Shown here piece by piece: positions 8,794 to 17,563 of a stretch of DNA of 49,692 nt (positions within the stretch are counted from its first letter, which is position 1; each line of letters opens with the position of its first letter). The notes beneath the pieces were generated by a model, which saw nothing but the letters and a program-made list of their open reading frames with translations, was not told where the DNA came from and ran no database searches. The position numbers and the translations under genes are program-made. Origin of the DNA: a virus (Duplodnaviria > Caudoviricetes); IMG/VR virus record IMGVR_UViG_3300049137_000083, positions 1 to 49,692 of that record; one strand, 5' to 3'.

Positions 8794-10034
8794 GCCGCAC
8801 CTCGCTGCTCGGAGTCGCAGATCGTGCAGTGGTCAGCGAGTTCACGTGGGTGCTTGTTGCAGCGGGCAGCGTCTTGGTCGGGGGCTCGCCGGGTCGGCTC
8901 GTTGCGGCCTTCATCCGGGATGAGGTCCATCGCGTCCGATTCCCAGTAGCCCTGGTTCAGCCACGTCGGCGGGTGCGGAATGTACTTCTTGTCGGTCCCG
9001 GCTTTCGCCCATCGGGCGGAGTGCTCGGTGATCGCCTCCACGAGGGTTTCGACGTCGACCTTCTTGACCGCGGCCTTCCATGCGGTGCGGGCCTTCGGCT
9101 TCTTGACCTTGCGGGGGTACAGGGCGTACCACCGGGCGAAGTCGGGGTCATCTGTGGAGGGGTCGACGGCTGTCGACCGACCTTTAGTAACAACAGACCT
9201 AGAAGATGCCCCTAGCCCCTTACCCCTAGCCCCTGCTGAATTGGCATCACCTATCGGGAGGGTCATCTGATGGGTCATGCCATGACCCTCCGATGGGTCA
9301 TCTGATGACCCATGCGATGACCCATCGGATAGGTCATGGTGTGGCCTACCCAATGACCCAAGCATCTCGAGCAGAGTCGGCCTCGTCGACGGCGTGAACA
9401 GGCCGTCGTGGAGCGCCCGCTCGATCTCGTTCGCGATCACCTCGCGGATCGGCTTCGACGCCACATGCTTGAGGCTCGATTCGGCGGCCTTGAGCACCTT
9501 GAAGTTCTTGCACACGTTGTCGTTACGCAGGTAGGAGCGCACCAGGAGTTCTTCCTCGTCGTAGTCCACGACGATGAACCGCGTCTCCGAGAGCCCGGTC
9601 AGGACGCCGTCGAGCAGCTCGGTCGTGTACTTGAGCTTCTTCGCCCACCGCTTCAACCGCAGCGACAGGACCCCGCAGTGGGAGATGTCCGGCTGGGAGA
9701 TGAAGAAGATGTACGCCAGTTGTTCCCGGCCGGGCCGGGCGAGGAAGTCGTCGTCGTCCCAGATGTCGGTGCGTAGGCGTGCTTCGGAACGTGCCACTAA
9801 TGAACCCCCGTTCTGTTCGAAGATTCCGGCGAGGTCGTCGGGGATCTGGATGTGGCCGGCGAGCCGCTGAGACGCTTCGTGGGCGATGACGTCCACGGCT
9901 TTCTGGGCAGTCGCGTTCGCGAGGTCGATGGCGTCGAGGGGCGGCATCTTGTGCCGGAGTTCCCATGCGGCGGCGTCGATGTAGTCCTCGATCGCTTCGC
10001 GCAGGGACTTGCAGGCGTCGGCGTAGGTGTTCAC
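8790..10034 (-). CDS. phage replication initiator (lambda O-like position); probable core start GTG 9797
   Basis: ARLRTDIWDDDDF N-terminal motif, C-terminal FARWYALYPRKVKKPKA...YIPHPPTWLNQGYW motif; directly upstream of dnaB; internal iterons. Confidence 0.8.
   Translation of the reverse strand: MNTYADACKSLREAIEDYIDAAAWELRHKMPPLDAIDLANATAQKAVDVIAHEASQRLAGHIQIPDDLAGIFEQNGGSLVARSEARLRTDIWDDDDFLARPGREQLAYIFFISQPDISHCGVLSLRLKRWAKKLKYTTELLDGVLTGLSETRFIVVDYDEEELLVRSYLRNDNVCKNFKVLKAAESSLKHVASKPIREVIANEIERALHDGLFTPSTRPTLLEMLGSLGRPHHDLSDGSSHGSSDDPSEGHGMTHQMTLPIGDANSAGARGKGLGASSRSVVTKGRSTAVDPSTDDPDFARWYALYPRKVKKPKARTAWKAAVKKVDVETLVEAITEHSARWAKAGTDKKYIPHPPTWLNQGYWESDAMDLIPDEGRNEPTRRAPDQDAARCNKHPRELADHCTICDSEQRGAA
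9260..9359. repeat. iteron cluster, candidate replication origin
   Basis: eight GGGTCAT/ATGACCC-type 7-mers in mixed orientation (9260, 9272, 9282, 9295, 9305, 9317, 9331, 9353) inside the initiator gene. Confidence 0.75.
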
Positions 10035-10453
10035 GAGCCCTCCTCTTCAGTGATCGCGAGTTCGAGCAGCCCGTACCGGGTGGCGCCGGCGGGCTTGCCG
10101 ACGACGAGGTGGAGGGTGACGGGCGCGAGGTGTTCGGGGGTGTCGTCGGGGATGAGTCCCCAGCCGGCTTGCCCGGGTTTCTTGGGTGCGGTGAGTCCGT
10201 CGATGACGGGTTTGACGGCGTCGTAGTAGTTCTCGCGGTCGCGGTTCCGGTGGACGGGGAAGTAGAGGGTGGCGGCGATGCTGACCCTTTGGAGTCCTTT
10301 GGGTAGGCGCGCCCCTGCGGCGGCCCAGTAGGCGGCGTTCCGCCATTCCTTCGTGGCCCGTGATCGGGGCATGTGGTGCATGCCGTCTCGGGTGTTGGTG
10401 TCGAGCCATTGGGTGGGCGCGGGAATGCGGAAAGTCCATGTGCGGATGTTCAT
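10031..10453 (-). CDS. RusA-like Holliday junction resolvase
   Basis: RDRENYYDAVKPVIDGL...GLIPDD acidic motifs; position next to replication genes. Confidence 0.75.
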   Translation of the reverse strand: MNIRTWTFRIPAPTQWLDTNTRDGMHHMPRSRATKEWRNAAYWAAAGARLPKGLQRVSIAATLYFPVHRNRDRENYYDAVKPVIDGLTAPKKPGQAGWGLIPDDTPEHLAPVTLHLVVGKPAGATRYGLLELAITEEEGS

Positions 10454-11910
10454 GCGGCGAGGACCAGCCTTTCGAGGTCGGCGCCAGTGATCGCTTCGAC
10501 CAAGGCGGAGACGATCAGCTCGGCGACCGGCGGGGTCACGGCGTTGCCGTACTGGCGGACTTGTTCGCGCTTATTGCCGGTGACCACGTAGTCGGTGGCG
10601 AAGGCCATGGCTCGGCCTATCTCGTGCGGCTCCAACATGCGGAACCGGACGTCGTCGATGTCGAGCGCGGGCGCGGCCAGCGCGAACCGGTCGCGGGTCG
10701 ACATGGTCCCGGCCGGCTCCGTGGTCGGACGGGCCACCCCGGTCCCGTAGTAGGGAACGAGAAGCGAATCCATCTGAGCGAGTCCCAGGTGGTTCCCGGA
10801 AGCGCACACGGCCGCGGTCGGCTCCGTGATCGGCCGCGCCGACGAAGAACCACCGCGCATCTCGACCATGAAGGACGGCCCCGGTAGTGCGAGCCCTGTT
10901 TCGTTGCGGGCGGTCTGGGTGCGCAGCGGGTCGGCGGCGATGCGCGCGGTCTTTCCGTCGCGGCCTTCGACCGGGACGAGAAGCGGCGACAGCGCCGCCC
11001 CGTCCCAACCGCGGGTCAGCGGCGCCCAGTACCGGTCCATGCCGATCTGCACGCGCCCCAAGGTGGCCGCGGCGAGCGGCTTGTCCCGGTCGCCGATCCG
11101 CTTCGCGGGCAGCGTCCAATCGATCGCGGCCGCCGCAGGCAGCGCCGACGGCTCGACCACGGCGCCCCTGCACGACGTCCCCGGGCACCGGATCGTGTAC
11201 TGCCTGCCATAGCGGCCCATATCCGCGCCGCGGCGCTTCCACGACTGCACGGCGTTGACGGTCTGATCGCAGGAAGTGCACCACGCCGTTGGCCGCAGCC
11301 ACTTGTCCCAGTCCGGGATCCGGCCGAGGCTCTTGTGCCAGTATGCGACGTATAGGCGGTCCCGGGATTGAGGGGCCCTCGCGGAGCGGGTCCCGTTGGC
11401 GTGCATCGAGTTGAACGCGATGACGCGCGTGGCGTAACCGAGCTTGTGGAGGTCGCCCAGCCACCGGTCCCAGTCCTTCCAGGCACGGACTTCGACGACG
11501 TTCTCGACGACGCCGGCGAGGACGAGCTTGCCGCGTCGTTGGACGCCCGCGAGGTACAGCGGGACCTCGTCCATGAGCGCACGGGACCGTTCGGCTTCCT
11601 CGTCCCGTACGGGTTCCATGCCCGGAAGGGTGACTGCGGACCAGTCGAAGTCCCGGCGCTTCCCCCGAGCCGACGACCATTGCGGACATTCTGGGGACGC
11701 CCAAAAGATGTCACACACCGGCCATGTGTCGACCGGTGCATTGCGGATGTCGCCGTGATAATGGTCGGTTTCAGGGAAGTTCCGGGCGTGGGTTTCGATC
11801 GCTCGCAACCAATGGTTCGCGACGTGGCTGATCGTGACTCCGGGGATGACGCACATACCTAGGTCGGATCCGCCACAACCGGCGAACCAGTCCATGACCG
11901 TGATGCTCAT
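10450..11910 (-). CDS. DNA cytosine-5 methyltransferase (orphan)
   Basis: motif I DWFAGCGG, IV WASPEC, VI VENV, VIII QSRDRLY, X YGNAVTPP. Confidence 0.93.
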   Translation of the reverse strand: MSITVMDWFAGCGGSDLGMCVIPGVTISHVANHWLRAIETHARNFPETDHYHGDIRNAPVDTWPVCDIFWASPECPQWSSARGKRRDFDWSAVTLPGMEPVRDEEAERSRALMDEVPLYLAGVQRRGKLVLAGVVENVVEVRAWKDWDRWLGDLHKLGYATRVIAFNSMHANGTRSARAPQSRDRLYVAYWHKSLGRIPDWDKWLRPTAWCTSCDQTVNAVQSWKRRGADMGRYGRQYTIRCPGTSCRGAVVEPSALPAAAAIDWTLPAKRIGDRDKPLAAATLGRVQIGMDRYWAPLTRGWDGAALSPLLVPVEGRDGKTARIAADPLRTQTARNETGLALPGPSFMVEMRGGSSSARPITEPTAAVCASGNHLGLAQMDSLLVPYYGTGVARPTTEPAGTMSTRDRFALAAPALDIDDVRFRMLEPHEIGRAMAFATDYVVTGNKREQVRQYGNAVTPPVAELIVSALVEAITGADLERLVLAA

Positions 11911-12098
11911 CGCGACCTCCCTACCAAGAGCGGAGTCGCCGGGCGTTGCCCCACCCGGGCCCGTTCGGCCTCGGACCGGTACCGGTCACGCTGGCGACGC
12001 AGCGCCTCGTTCTCCCGCCGGAGGTTCGCCACATGCACAGCCAGATCCGCGATCCGCTCAGCGCTGTCGTCCTCGATGAGGTCACCGATGATGCTCAT
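11907..12098 (-). CDS. small coiled-coil hypothetical protein
   Basis: MSIIGDLIEDD..., ATGA coupling at both ends. Confidence 0.55.
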   Translation of the reverse strand: MSIIGDLIEDDSAERIADLAVHVANLRRENEALRRQRDRYRSEAERARVGQRPATPLLVGRSR

Positions 12099-12583
12099 GC
12101 CGCCCTCGCCCTCTTGTTGGCCCGGTACTGGGCGAGCTTCGCGGCGTGCGCGGCCTGGCAGGGGTCGCATTCGCAGCGGTACTCGGTGTAGCCCGTGTCT
12201 GTCCCGTGAGGAGCGTCCGGGTGAATCAACTGGCCGTTAACCAGGACCCGTTCGGTCTTGCGGCGCTCGCGCCGGTCTGCGTTCGACGTGTTGTAAGCGA
12301 CGCTCGTCCACGAGAACGGTTCCGGTTCCGAGGACATGACCGGTTCCATGCCGTGCTTGGCGAGCACAGCCTTGACGTCGGTGTGGGACATGTTGAGGGC
12401 CTTGTGGACCTTGTGGGTGGCAACCCCCAGGTGTGTCAAGGCCAGGACTGCGGCGTCGCGCTCATCGGAGAGGATTGGCGTGTCCTTGACGCCTTCCAGG
12501 CGGCGGAATAGCGGCACCAGGTCGACCGAACCGTCCGGGGTGCGCATCGACATGCCGCAGCGGGCGAACACGAGATCAGACAC
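12095..12583 (-). CDS. HTH plus Zn-finger DNA-binding protein
   Basis: LGVATHKVHKALNMSHTDV HTH-like segment; HGTDTGYTEYRCECDPCQAAH motif common in actinophages. Confidence 0.65.
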   Translation of the reverse strand: MSDLVFARCGMSMRTPDGSVDLVPLFRRLEGVKDTPILSDERDAAVLALTHLGVATHKVHKALNMSHTDVKAVLAKHGMEPVMSSEPEPFSWTSVAYNTSNADRRERRKTERVLVNGQLIHPDAPHGTDTGYTEYRCECDPCQAAHAAKLAQYRANKRARAA

Positions 12584-12932
12584 CGGGCACCTCCAGCGGC
12601 TCCAGGAGGTACTGGCCTTCGTTGTCCAGGAACCAGGTCCGGACAGCGAGGTTGACGATCGGGACTTCCAGCGGTGACAGTCCTGAGGAGCGGGGGATCA
12701 GGAAGCCGGCCTCGGCCGCGTCGGTCGGGTACGCGTGGGCCCACCGGTGGTCGTCGGTGCACAGCAGGACCAGGTTCGAGACGTTGTGCCGGGTCGGGTC
12801 GGAGGATCCGCCCATGCCCTTCGGGCGCCGGTGGTGAACCTCCCCGAATGTGGGCCGGAAGCACCGCTCGCAGCGGCCGAAAGACCGGCCCTGCACGAGT
12901 TGACGGTTCGCGGTAGGGAACTTGTCAGCCAT
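12576..12932 (-). CDS. HNH endonuclease
   Basis: CERC...EVHHRRPKGMGGS...SNLVLLCTDDH. Confidence 0.85.
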   Translation of the reverse strand: MADKFPTANRQLVQGRSFGRCERCFRPTFGEVHHRRPKGMGGSSDPTRHNVSNLVLLCTDDHRWAHAYPTDAAEAGFLIPRSSGLSPLEVPIVNLAVRTWFLDNEGQYLLEPLEVPGV

Positions 12933-13320
12933 TCCCGCCCCCGGTCCCGGCCATCGAATAGGCCTGATGCACCGACCGCGCGAGAGTCTGCACCAGCGAA
13001 GCCTGATCACGGACGACACGCAGGTGGTCCTCGGCAGCCTTGCGGACGGTCTCGGCGACGTCGTACTCCCATTTCTGGGCGGAGCACCGTTCACCCACCC
13101 ACGCGTCACGTTCAGCAGTCGTGAGTCCCCCGCGTTCCACACGAGGCCGGTTCGGGTCCAGGAGAGCTGAGCGGTGCGCGGACTCCCACTCGTGCTTGGC
13201 GTGCACTTCCGCATCTCGCGCTTCCGCCAAGTCCTTGTAGGCCAAGGCGAGGTCGTTCACGAGGGCGCGGAGCTTCCGTTCGATGTCGACCGGCGACAGC
13301 GGCTCATACTGTTCACTCAT
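12925..13320 (-). CDS. helical hypothetical protein following the recombinase
   Basis: [14 protein letters not shown]..., GGAGG RBS. Confidence 0.65.
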   Translation of the reverse strand: MSEQYEPLSPVDIERKLRALVNDLALAYKDLAEARDAEVHAKHEWESAHRSALLDPNRPRVERGGLTTAERDAWVGERCSAQKWEYDVAETVRKAAEDHLRVVRDQASLVQTLARSVHQAYSMAGTGGGNG

Positions 13321-14038
13321 CGGAGGCCACCGCCTCGGTCTCCTCGACCACTTCGGCGTCGACCGGCTCGTCCTCCAAGGACGGCTCGGGCGCCTCGGCG
13401 AGCGGCTTGCGCTGTGCAGTCCGCTTCCTAGGGGCCGGCGTCTCGTCGTCGAACACCTCAACGCCCTCGGACTGCCCCATCTCTTCCGTGGTGTAGAGGC
13501 CGGAGAGGTCTTGCGGGAACGCCTTCCTGAGCGCCAAGGCCTCCGCGCACTTGGCGATCATGAGGTCCGGCATCTTCTCCCACAAGCCCTGGAGCTTGCC
13601 TTCCTTACCGGTCTGGACGTACGAGGACCAGCGGGCGACGGCGTACACGGGGGACTCGAAGCCCTTCCGGTACACGCCGACCCGGGCCGCGGCGGGCGGG
13701 GTGTTCGCCAGCCACACGTCCATCCACTGCCCGTCCGGGCCGCACCATTCGGGTGCGGTTTGACCGGCATATTCGCCGGAGCGTTGCGCGATGATCCGGT
13801 ACCCGTCGATGGAGGTCTGCGAGGTGTACACCTTGCGGCCCTTGCGTCGGTCGAAACGGCCGACGAGGTAGATCTGCTTCGTGAACGGGTCCAACGCGGT
13901 CCGCTGGCACAGGTGCAGGAACCCGGCGAGGGCTACGTTCTCGATGTCGTCGTCGAGGCTCAGTTGGTCTTTGAGGACGGACAGCTGCTTCTTGTCCCAG
14001 AAGTCCTGGTCGGATCGGATAGACAGCACGGCGCTCAC
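13313..14038 (-). CDS. bet: phage recombination protein Bet (RecT/Red-beta family annealase)
   Basis: [68 protein letters not shown]. Confidence 0.92.
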   Translation of the reverse strand: MSAVLSIRSDQDFWDKKQLSVLKDQLSLDDDIENVALAGFLHLCQRTALDPFTKQIYLVGRFDRRKGRKVYTSQTSIDGYRIIAQRSGEYAGQTAPEWCGPDGQWMDVWLANTPPAAARVGVYRKGFESPVYAVARWSSYVQTGKEGKLQGLWEKMPDLMIAKCAEALALRKAFPQDLSGLYTTEEMGQSEGVEVFDDETPAPRKRTAQRKPLAEAPEPSLEDEPVDAEVVEETEAVASDE

Positions 14039-14829
14039 AGCGCCTCCTTGAGGGTCGGGGCCGCAGCGGGGTCGCCGAGCCAGGGCTTCATGGCGTCACC
14101 GATACGGGTGGACAGCCACAGCAGGTGAAGGAAGACCTTGAACGGGCCGTCCTCGGAGACCTCCAGGGGACGAACGTCGTAGCCGTCAGCTCGGACATGC
14201 ACGACGTAGGCCGCGTTGATTCCGATCTCTGCCAGTCGCTTCTCGGTGTCGCTGTCGTCGAGGTAGATGTCCGCGTGCCGGTACGCCGCGCACTGCAATG
14301 AGGTCTCGGGGTAAACCCCTTTGGAGGTCTTCAGGTCCATGACCGCGCGTTCCCCGTTGGGGAGGTCGGCGACGAGGTCGAGCTGGCCGGCGTACTTCCA
14401 CCGGAGGTTCGCCACGGTCGCCTCGACGAGAACGGGCTTCGGCTGCCATTCGTCGAGGAACTTGACGTAGGAGTCGACGTAGCCGCTGAGCGCTCCGGGG
14501 ACCTCCACGGCTTCGCCTTTGACGAGCTGTTCGGCGAGCTTGTGGACCTCGGTGCCGCGGTTGGCGGCGGCGTCCCGTTCCCGCCAGGGGACGTCCTTGA
14601 GCTCGGCGACCATCCGGTCTCGTGGTACCGCCCGGAGGGCTTCCACTTCGATCGGGTTATCGGTGACGTACTCGGCTACGGTCCGGGACGCCCAGTAGGT
14701 GAGTGCGGGTTTGGGCAGCGCAGCGCTGAGAACGCTGGTGACGCTGGGGAGCTTTTCGCCGTTCCAGGTGTACCAGTGGTAGGCCTTGCCGTTCTTAGAG
14801 ACGCGGTCATGCCGCTTCAGTCCGCTCAC
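14035..14829 (-). CDS. Cas4-like/PD-(D/E)XK exonuclease (RecE/Exo analogue)
   Basis: [33 protein letters not shown] motifs; coupled to bet. Confidence 0.85.
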   Translation of the reverse strand: MSGLKRHDRVSKNGKAYHWYTWNGEKLPSVTSVLSAALPKPALTYWASRTVAEYVTDNPIEVEALRAVPRDRMVAELKDVPWRERDAAANRGTEVHKLAEQLVKGEAVEVPGALSGYVDSYVKFLDEWQPKPVLVEATVANLRWKYAGQLDLVADLPNGERAVMDLKTSKGVYPETSLQCAAYRHADIYLDDSDTEKRLAEIGINAAYVVHVRADGYDVRPLEVSEDGPFKVFLHLLWLSTRIGDAMKPWLGDPAAAPTLKEAL

Positions 14830-15215
14830 TGCTCCTCCGCCCAGTCGCTCAGGCGCCGGCGGGCGACCTCGTGGAGTCCGTCGACCGTGCTGCCGCCCTC
14901 AAGGTCTTTGATGAGGCCCGCGGCGATGTTGTCCAGGACGGCATCGGGGACGTCGGCCGTGTCGACCTTGTCGGAGTAGTCGTCCAGGACCTCGGTGGCG
15001 GGTTCGACGACGTGCTCGATGAGGACGCGGCGGAGGTGGGATTCGAGGCCGTCGCCGCGGTCGCGTTCGGCTCGGGTCTGCTCCTCGGCGACACGCTTGT
15101 CCTCCTCGGCGACATGCTGCGCGTCCTCGGCTTGCTGCTGTGCAATGCGCGCGTTGTCGAGGTCGCGGCGGGCCCGGAACAGCAGTACTGACGTTGGAAG
15201 AACATCGGTGCTCAC
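14826..15215 (-). CDS. hypothetical protein
   Basis: 129 aa, GGAGG RBS, GTG start. Confidence 0.65.
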   Translation of the reverse strand: MSTDVLPTSVLLFRARRDLDNARIAQQQAEDAQHVAEEDKRVAEEQTRAERDRGDGLESHLRRVLIEHVVEPATEVLDDYSDKVDTADVPDAVLDNIAAGLIKDLEGGSTVDGLHEVARRRLSDWAEEQ

Positions 15216-15319
15216 TGGTCCTCCTGCTGGGTGTCGGTGGGTTCGGGTGGCGGCGGCGGTGGAGTGGCGTGCTTGCGTCCTCCACGACGGCCAGGACGGC
15301 GACGCTTCGGCGGGGTCAT
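15212..15319 (-). CDS. 35-aa Arg/Pro-rich micropeptide (MTPPKRRRPGRRGGRKHATPPPPPPEPTDTQQEDQ)
   Basis: TGATG overlap with upstream stop and GTGA overlap with downstream start; exactly fills the gap. Confidence 0.5.
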   Translation of the reverse strand: MTPPKRRRPGRRGGRKHATPPPPPPEPTDTQQEDQ

Positions 15320-15732
15320 CAGGCGGCCCCGGCCGCTTCGGCCAGGAAGTAGGCCTGGAGCTGAACCGGCAGGTGGCTCCACCAGACGCGTTCGGTGTCG
15401 AGGTCAGGTCCGACTGGACGTGGGGCGATCTGGGTGTAGCCCTGGGCGCGGCCGTCCAGGCCGCCGCATGAGCAGGTCACCTCGACGCCGCCTTCGTCCA
15501 GGCCGATGGTCTGTGGCAGGTGGGCGTCGAGGTAATCCACGTGCGCCGGGCAGAACTGCAGTGTGAACACCCCGCGGCTGGGGTCGTCCACGCTGTACCG
15601 GATCGCCTTGGTGAGGTGCCCGGTCGACGAGAGGAATCGCCACCCCGCCGGAACGGCGGCGGCGAGGAGCACTTCCCCGGTTGCAGCACAGTTGGGGTGA
15701 TCGCACGTGGCGAAGGTGGTGGTGGTGTACAT
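15319..15732 (-). CDS. Cys/His-rich hypothetical protein
   Basis: CDHPNC, FCPAH, CSCG motifs; AAGGAG RBS. Confidence 0.65.
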   Translation of the reverse strand: MYTTTTFATCDHPNCAATGEVLLAAAVPAGWRFLSSTGHLTKAIRYSVDDPSRGVFTLQFCPAHVDYLDAHLPQTIGLDEGGVEVTCSCGGLDGRAQGYTQIAPRPVGPDLDTERVWWSHLPVQLQAYFLAEAAGAA

Positions 15733-15787
15733 GAGCTCTCCTTGGGGGGGGGGGGGTGTCGAGCCGCGCCCCCCCCACCGCCGGGTT

Positions 15788-16036
15788 TCAGGTCAGGTGG
15801 TCTCGCAGCACGTCCAAGACAGGCCGCATGAACTCGGGGTCCCTCGCCAAGTCCGCCTCGATCTCCCGCCACAGGCGAGAAGCCGGAGGCTGCAGCGGGG
15901 CCGGAGGCAACAGGCCGATCAGCACGTCATGCGCGGACCGGAAATGCGCCGCAATGGGATCGGTGTCGACGGCCGTGTCGAACACGAACGCCTCATCGTC
16001 GGGCTCCTGCTCGCGGAAGAACTTCCAGAAGCTCAC
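15788..16036 (-). CDS. hypothetical protein
   Basis: 82 aa, GGAGGG RBS, GTG start. Confidence 0.6.
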   Translation of the reverse strand: MSFWKFFREQEPDDEAFVFDTAVDTDPIAAHFRSAHDVLIGLLPPAPLQPPASRLWREIEADLARDPEFMRPVLDVLRDHLT

Positions 16037-16158
16037 CGGTCCCTCCAGTCATCCGTGGGCCACACGGACCAGGACGCATCCGAATCCGCGTGACGCCAGA
16101 CCGCAGTGATCACAGCCGTCGCGAACGCGGAAGCGAAGCAAGCGAAGAAGAGAGTCAT
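16033..16158 (-). CDS. 41-aa membrane peptide (MTLFFASLASAFATAVITAVWR...)
   Basis: TGATG and GTGA overlaps with neighbours; hydrophobic N terminus. Confidence 0.5.
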   Translation of the reverse strand: MTLFFACFASAFATAVITAVWRHADSDASWSVWPTDDWRDR

Positions 16159-16409
16159 CACCAGGACCCCCGCTCGCGTTCGTCGCCGTTCGGGTCGAAC
16201 GGGCCCCACGAGGAACCGCCGTGGTGGCAGACCCGCTTCGCCGCGGTGTCCTCGGCGCTGCGAGCGGACCGGACCCGGCCCTCCTCGAACACCAGGAGCG
16301 CAATGACCGCGGCGGCAGCGAGGATCATCGACGGGAGCGCCCGCGGCGAGTACACGGCGATCTGGGCGATCACCAGCAGGGCGAAGGCGCCCAAGGCGAG
16401 GCGGGTCAC
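16158..16409 (-). CDS. small two-TM membrane protein
   Basis: two hydrophobic helices, GTGA coupling. Confidence 0.6.
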   Translation of the reverse strand: MTRLALGAFALLVIAQIAVYSPRALPSMILAAAAVIALLVFEEGRVRSARSAEDTAAKRVCHHGGSSWGPFDPNGDERERGSW

Positions 16410-16957
16410 GACACGCCCCCGTCCACGACTTTCACGACGTCGTCGAAGACCGCGGCGGCCTCAACCTGGGAGTCCGAGGACAGGACGGCGTCCGCGCGGG
16501 CCCGGAGCGCCTGCGCCCCAGCGGCCAAATCGGCGATGAGCTTCAACATCTGCTGCGCGCCCTCACGGGTGCCCATGAGAGGGAGCGCCCGGGCGATCGC
16601 CCGGACATCCGCGCCCATGTCGGCGACGAGCTCCACCGTGGCGGCCTCGCGTTCGTCCAAGACCAGGTGCGCGGTCACGAACGACTCGTGCACCTCCATG
16701 GGTCCGGTCAGCCGGTAGCCCTTCGAGCGGAGCTTGTCCATGGCCGTCTCGGCGGCGGCGGCGAGGCCGGCGCGGGTCTGGAAGTCGAACACCTCTTTGA
16801 CGGCGACGGGTCCGGTCGAGGCGACGGTGACATGGTAGTTGGGGGTAAGCAGCGAGTGCTCCCGGCGGACCACGAGTTCCAGTTCCGCCGTAGCCGGGTG
16901 CGCTACGACCGGTCCCGGGGACCAGTGGCCCGCGTTCGGGTTGGGGGAAACGGTCAT
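16406..16957 (-). CDS. hypothetical protein
   Basis: MTVSPNPNAGHW... ATG at 16957, ATGA overlap. Confidence 0.6.
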   Translation of the reverse strand: MTVSPNPNAGHWSPGPVVAHPATAELELVVRREHSLLTPNYHVTVASTGPVAVKEVFDFQTRAGLAAAAETAMDKLRSKGYRLTGPMEVHESFVTAHLVLDEREAATVELVADMGADVRAIARALPLMGTREGAQQMLKLIADLAAGAQALRARADAVLSSDSQVEAAAVFDDVVKVVDGGVS

Positions 16958-17394
16958 CGGGCACCGCCTTCGATGCCGAGCGACCGGCGGCCGTTCGGCA
17001 GCCCCTCGACCAGGCCGTGCATGACCGTGTACGCCTCGGAGACGGTGAACGACGCGTTCGTGACCCCGTCGCCGATGTGGACCGTGTCCTCGGCGACTTC
17101 GACGTACGTGTGCGGGTCGGACTTCCCGCCGACCGCAGCGATCGCCGCGTCGACCAGCTGACGGGCGCGGACCCCCGGCAGGTAGGTGGCCTGGTAGCGG
17201 TCCAGCTCGGCGAGCGCGTTGCGGGACCGGGCCACGGCCACACGAAGGGCCTCGACCTCGTCGCACAGCGACTCCAGGATCCCGGCGGCATCCGCCAAGT
17301 CCGGGGTGCCGGCGCGGACGGCGTCGATGTCGACGCGACCGTCCTCACGCCACCCTTGCCGCGCCTCGGCGGGTCGGTTATCGTTCTGGTTCAT
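16954..17394 (-). CDS. hypothetical protein, first gene after the structured non-coding region
   Basis: 146 aa, strong AAGGAG RBS. Confidence 0.7.
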   Translation of the reverse strand: MNQNDNRPAEARQGWREDGRVDIDAVRAGTPDLADAAGILESLCDEVEALRVAVARSRNALAELDRYQATYLPGVRARQLVDAAIAAVGGKSDPHTYVEVAEDTVHIGDGVTNASFTVSEAYTVMHGLVEGLPNGRRSLGIEGGAR

Positions 17395-17471
17395 CGGGGC
17401 ATCTCCTTCGCTGGTCTTGCCCTGTCAGAGGTCTCAGCCGTGCTAGCGGTCTGAGGCCTCGTTTTCTGTCG

Positions 17472-17563
17472 GGGGCCCGGACGGATTTGAACCGTCGACT
17501 TCTCCTTGGAACACCGAAACGAAATCGCGTGCGGAGCGCTCTACCCAGCTGAGCTACGGGCCC
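17472..17563 (-). ncRNA. tRNA-like RNA with extended anticodon arm
   Basis: acceptor GGGCCCG/CGGGCCC, TA, D arm GCTC-AGCTGGGTA-GAGC, T arm GACGG-TTCAAAT-CCGTC all canonical; 27 nt between CTCC and GGAG instead of 9; no encoded CCA. Confidence 0.85.

Noticed and set aside
6866-11910. restriction-modification system (PD-(D/E)XK nuclease plus methyltransferase)
   Set aside because: the genes are separated by replication genes and the nuclease is a common phage family
14035-14829. CRISPR-associated Cas4 / CRISPR array
   Set aside because: it is paired with bet as a recombination exonuclease; I saw no regularly spaced repeats anywhere in the window
17472-17563. ordinary tRNA, or tRNA with a self-splicing intron
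   Set aside because: the 18 extra nt are far too short for a group I intron, bacteria lack the archaeal/eukaryal splicing endonuclease, and no canonical 5-bp stem with 7-nt loop forms
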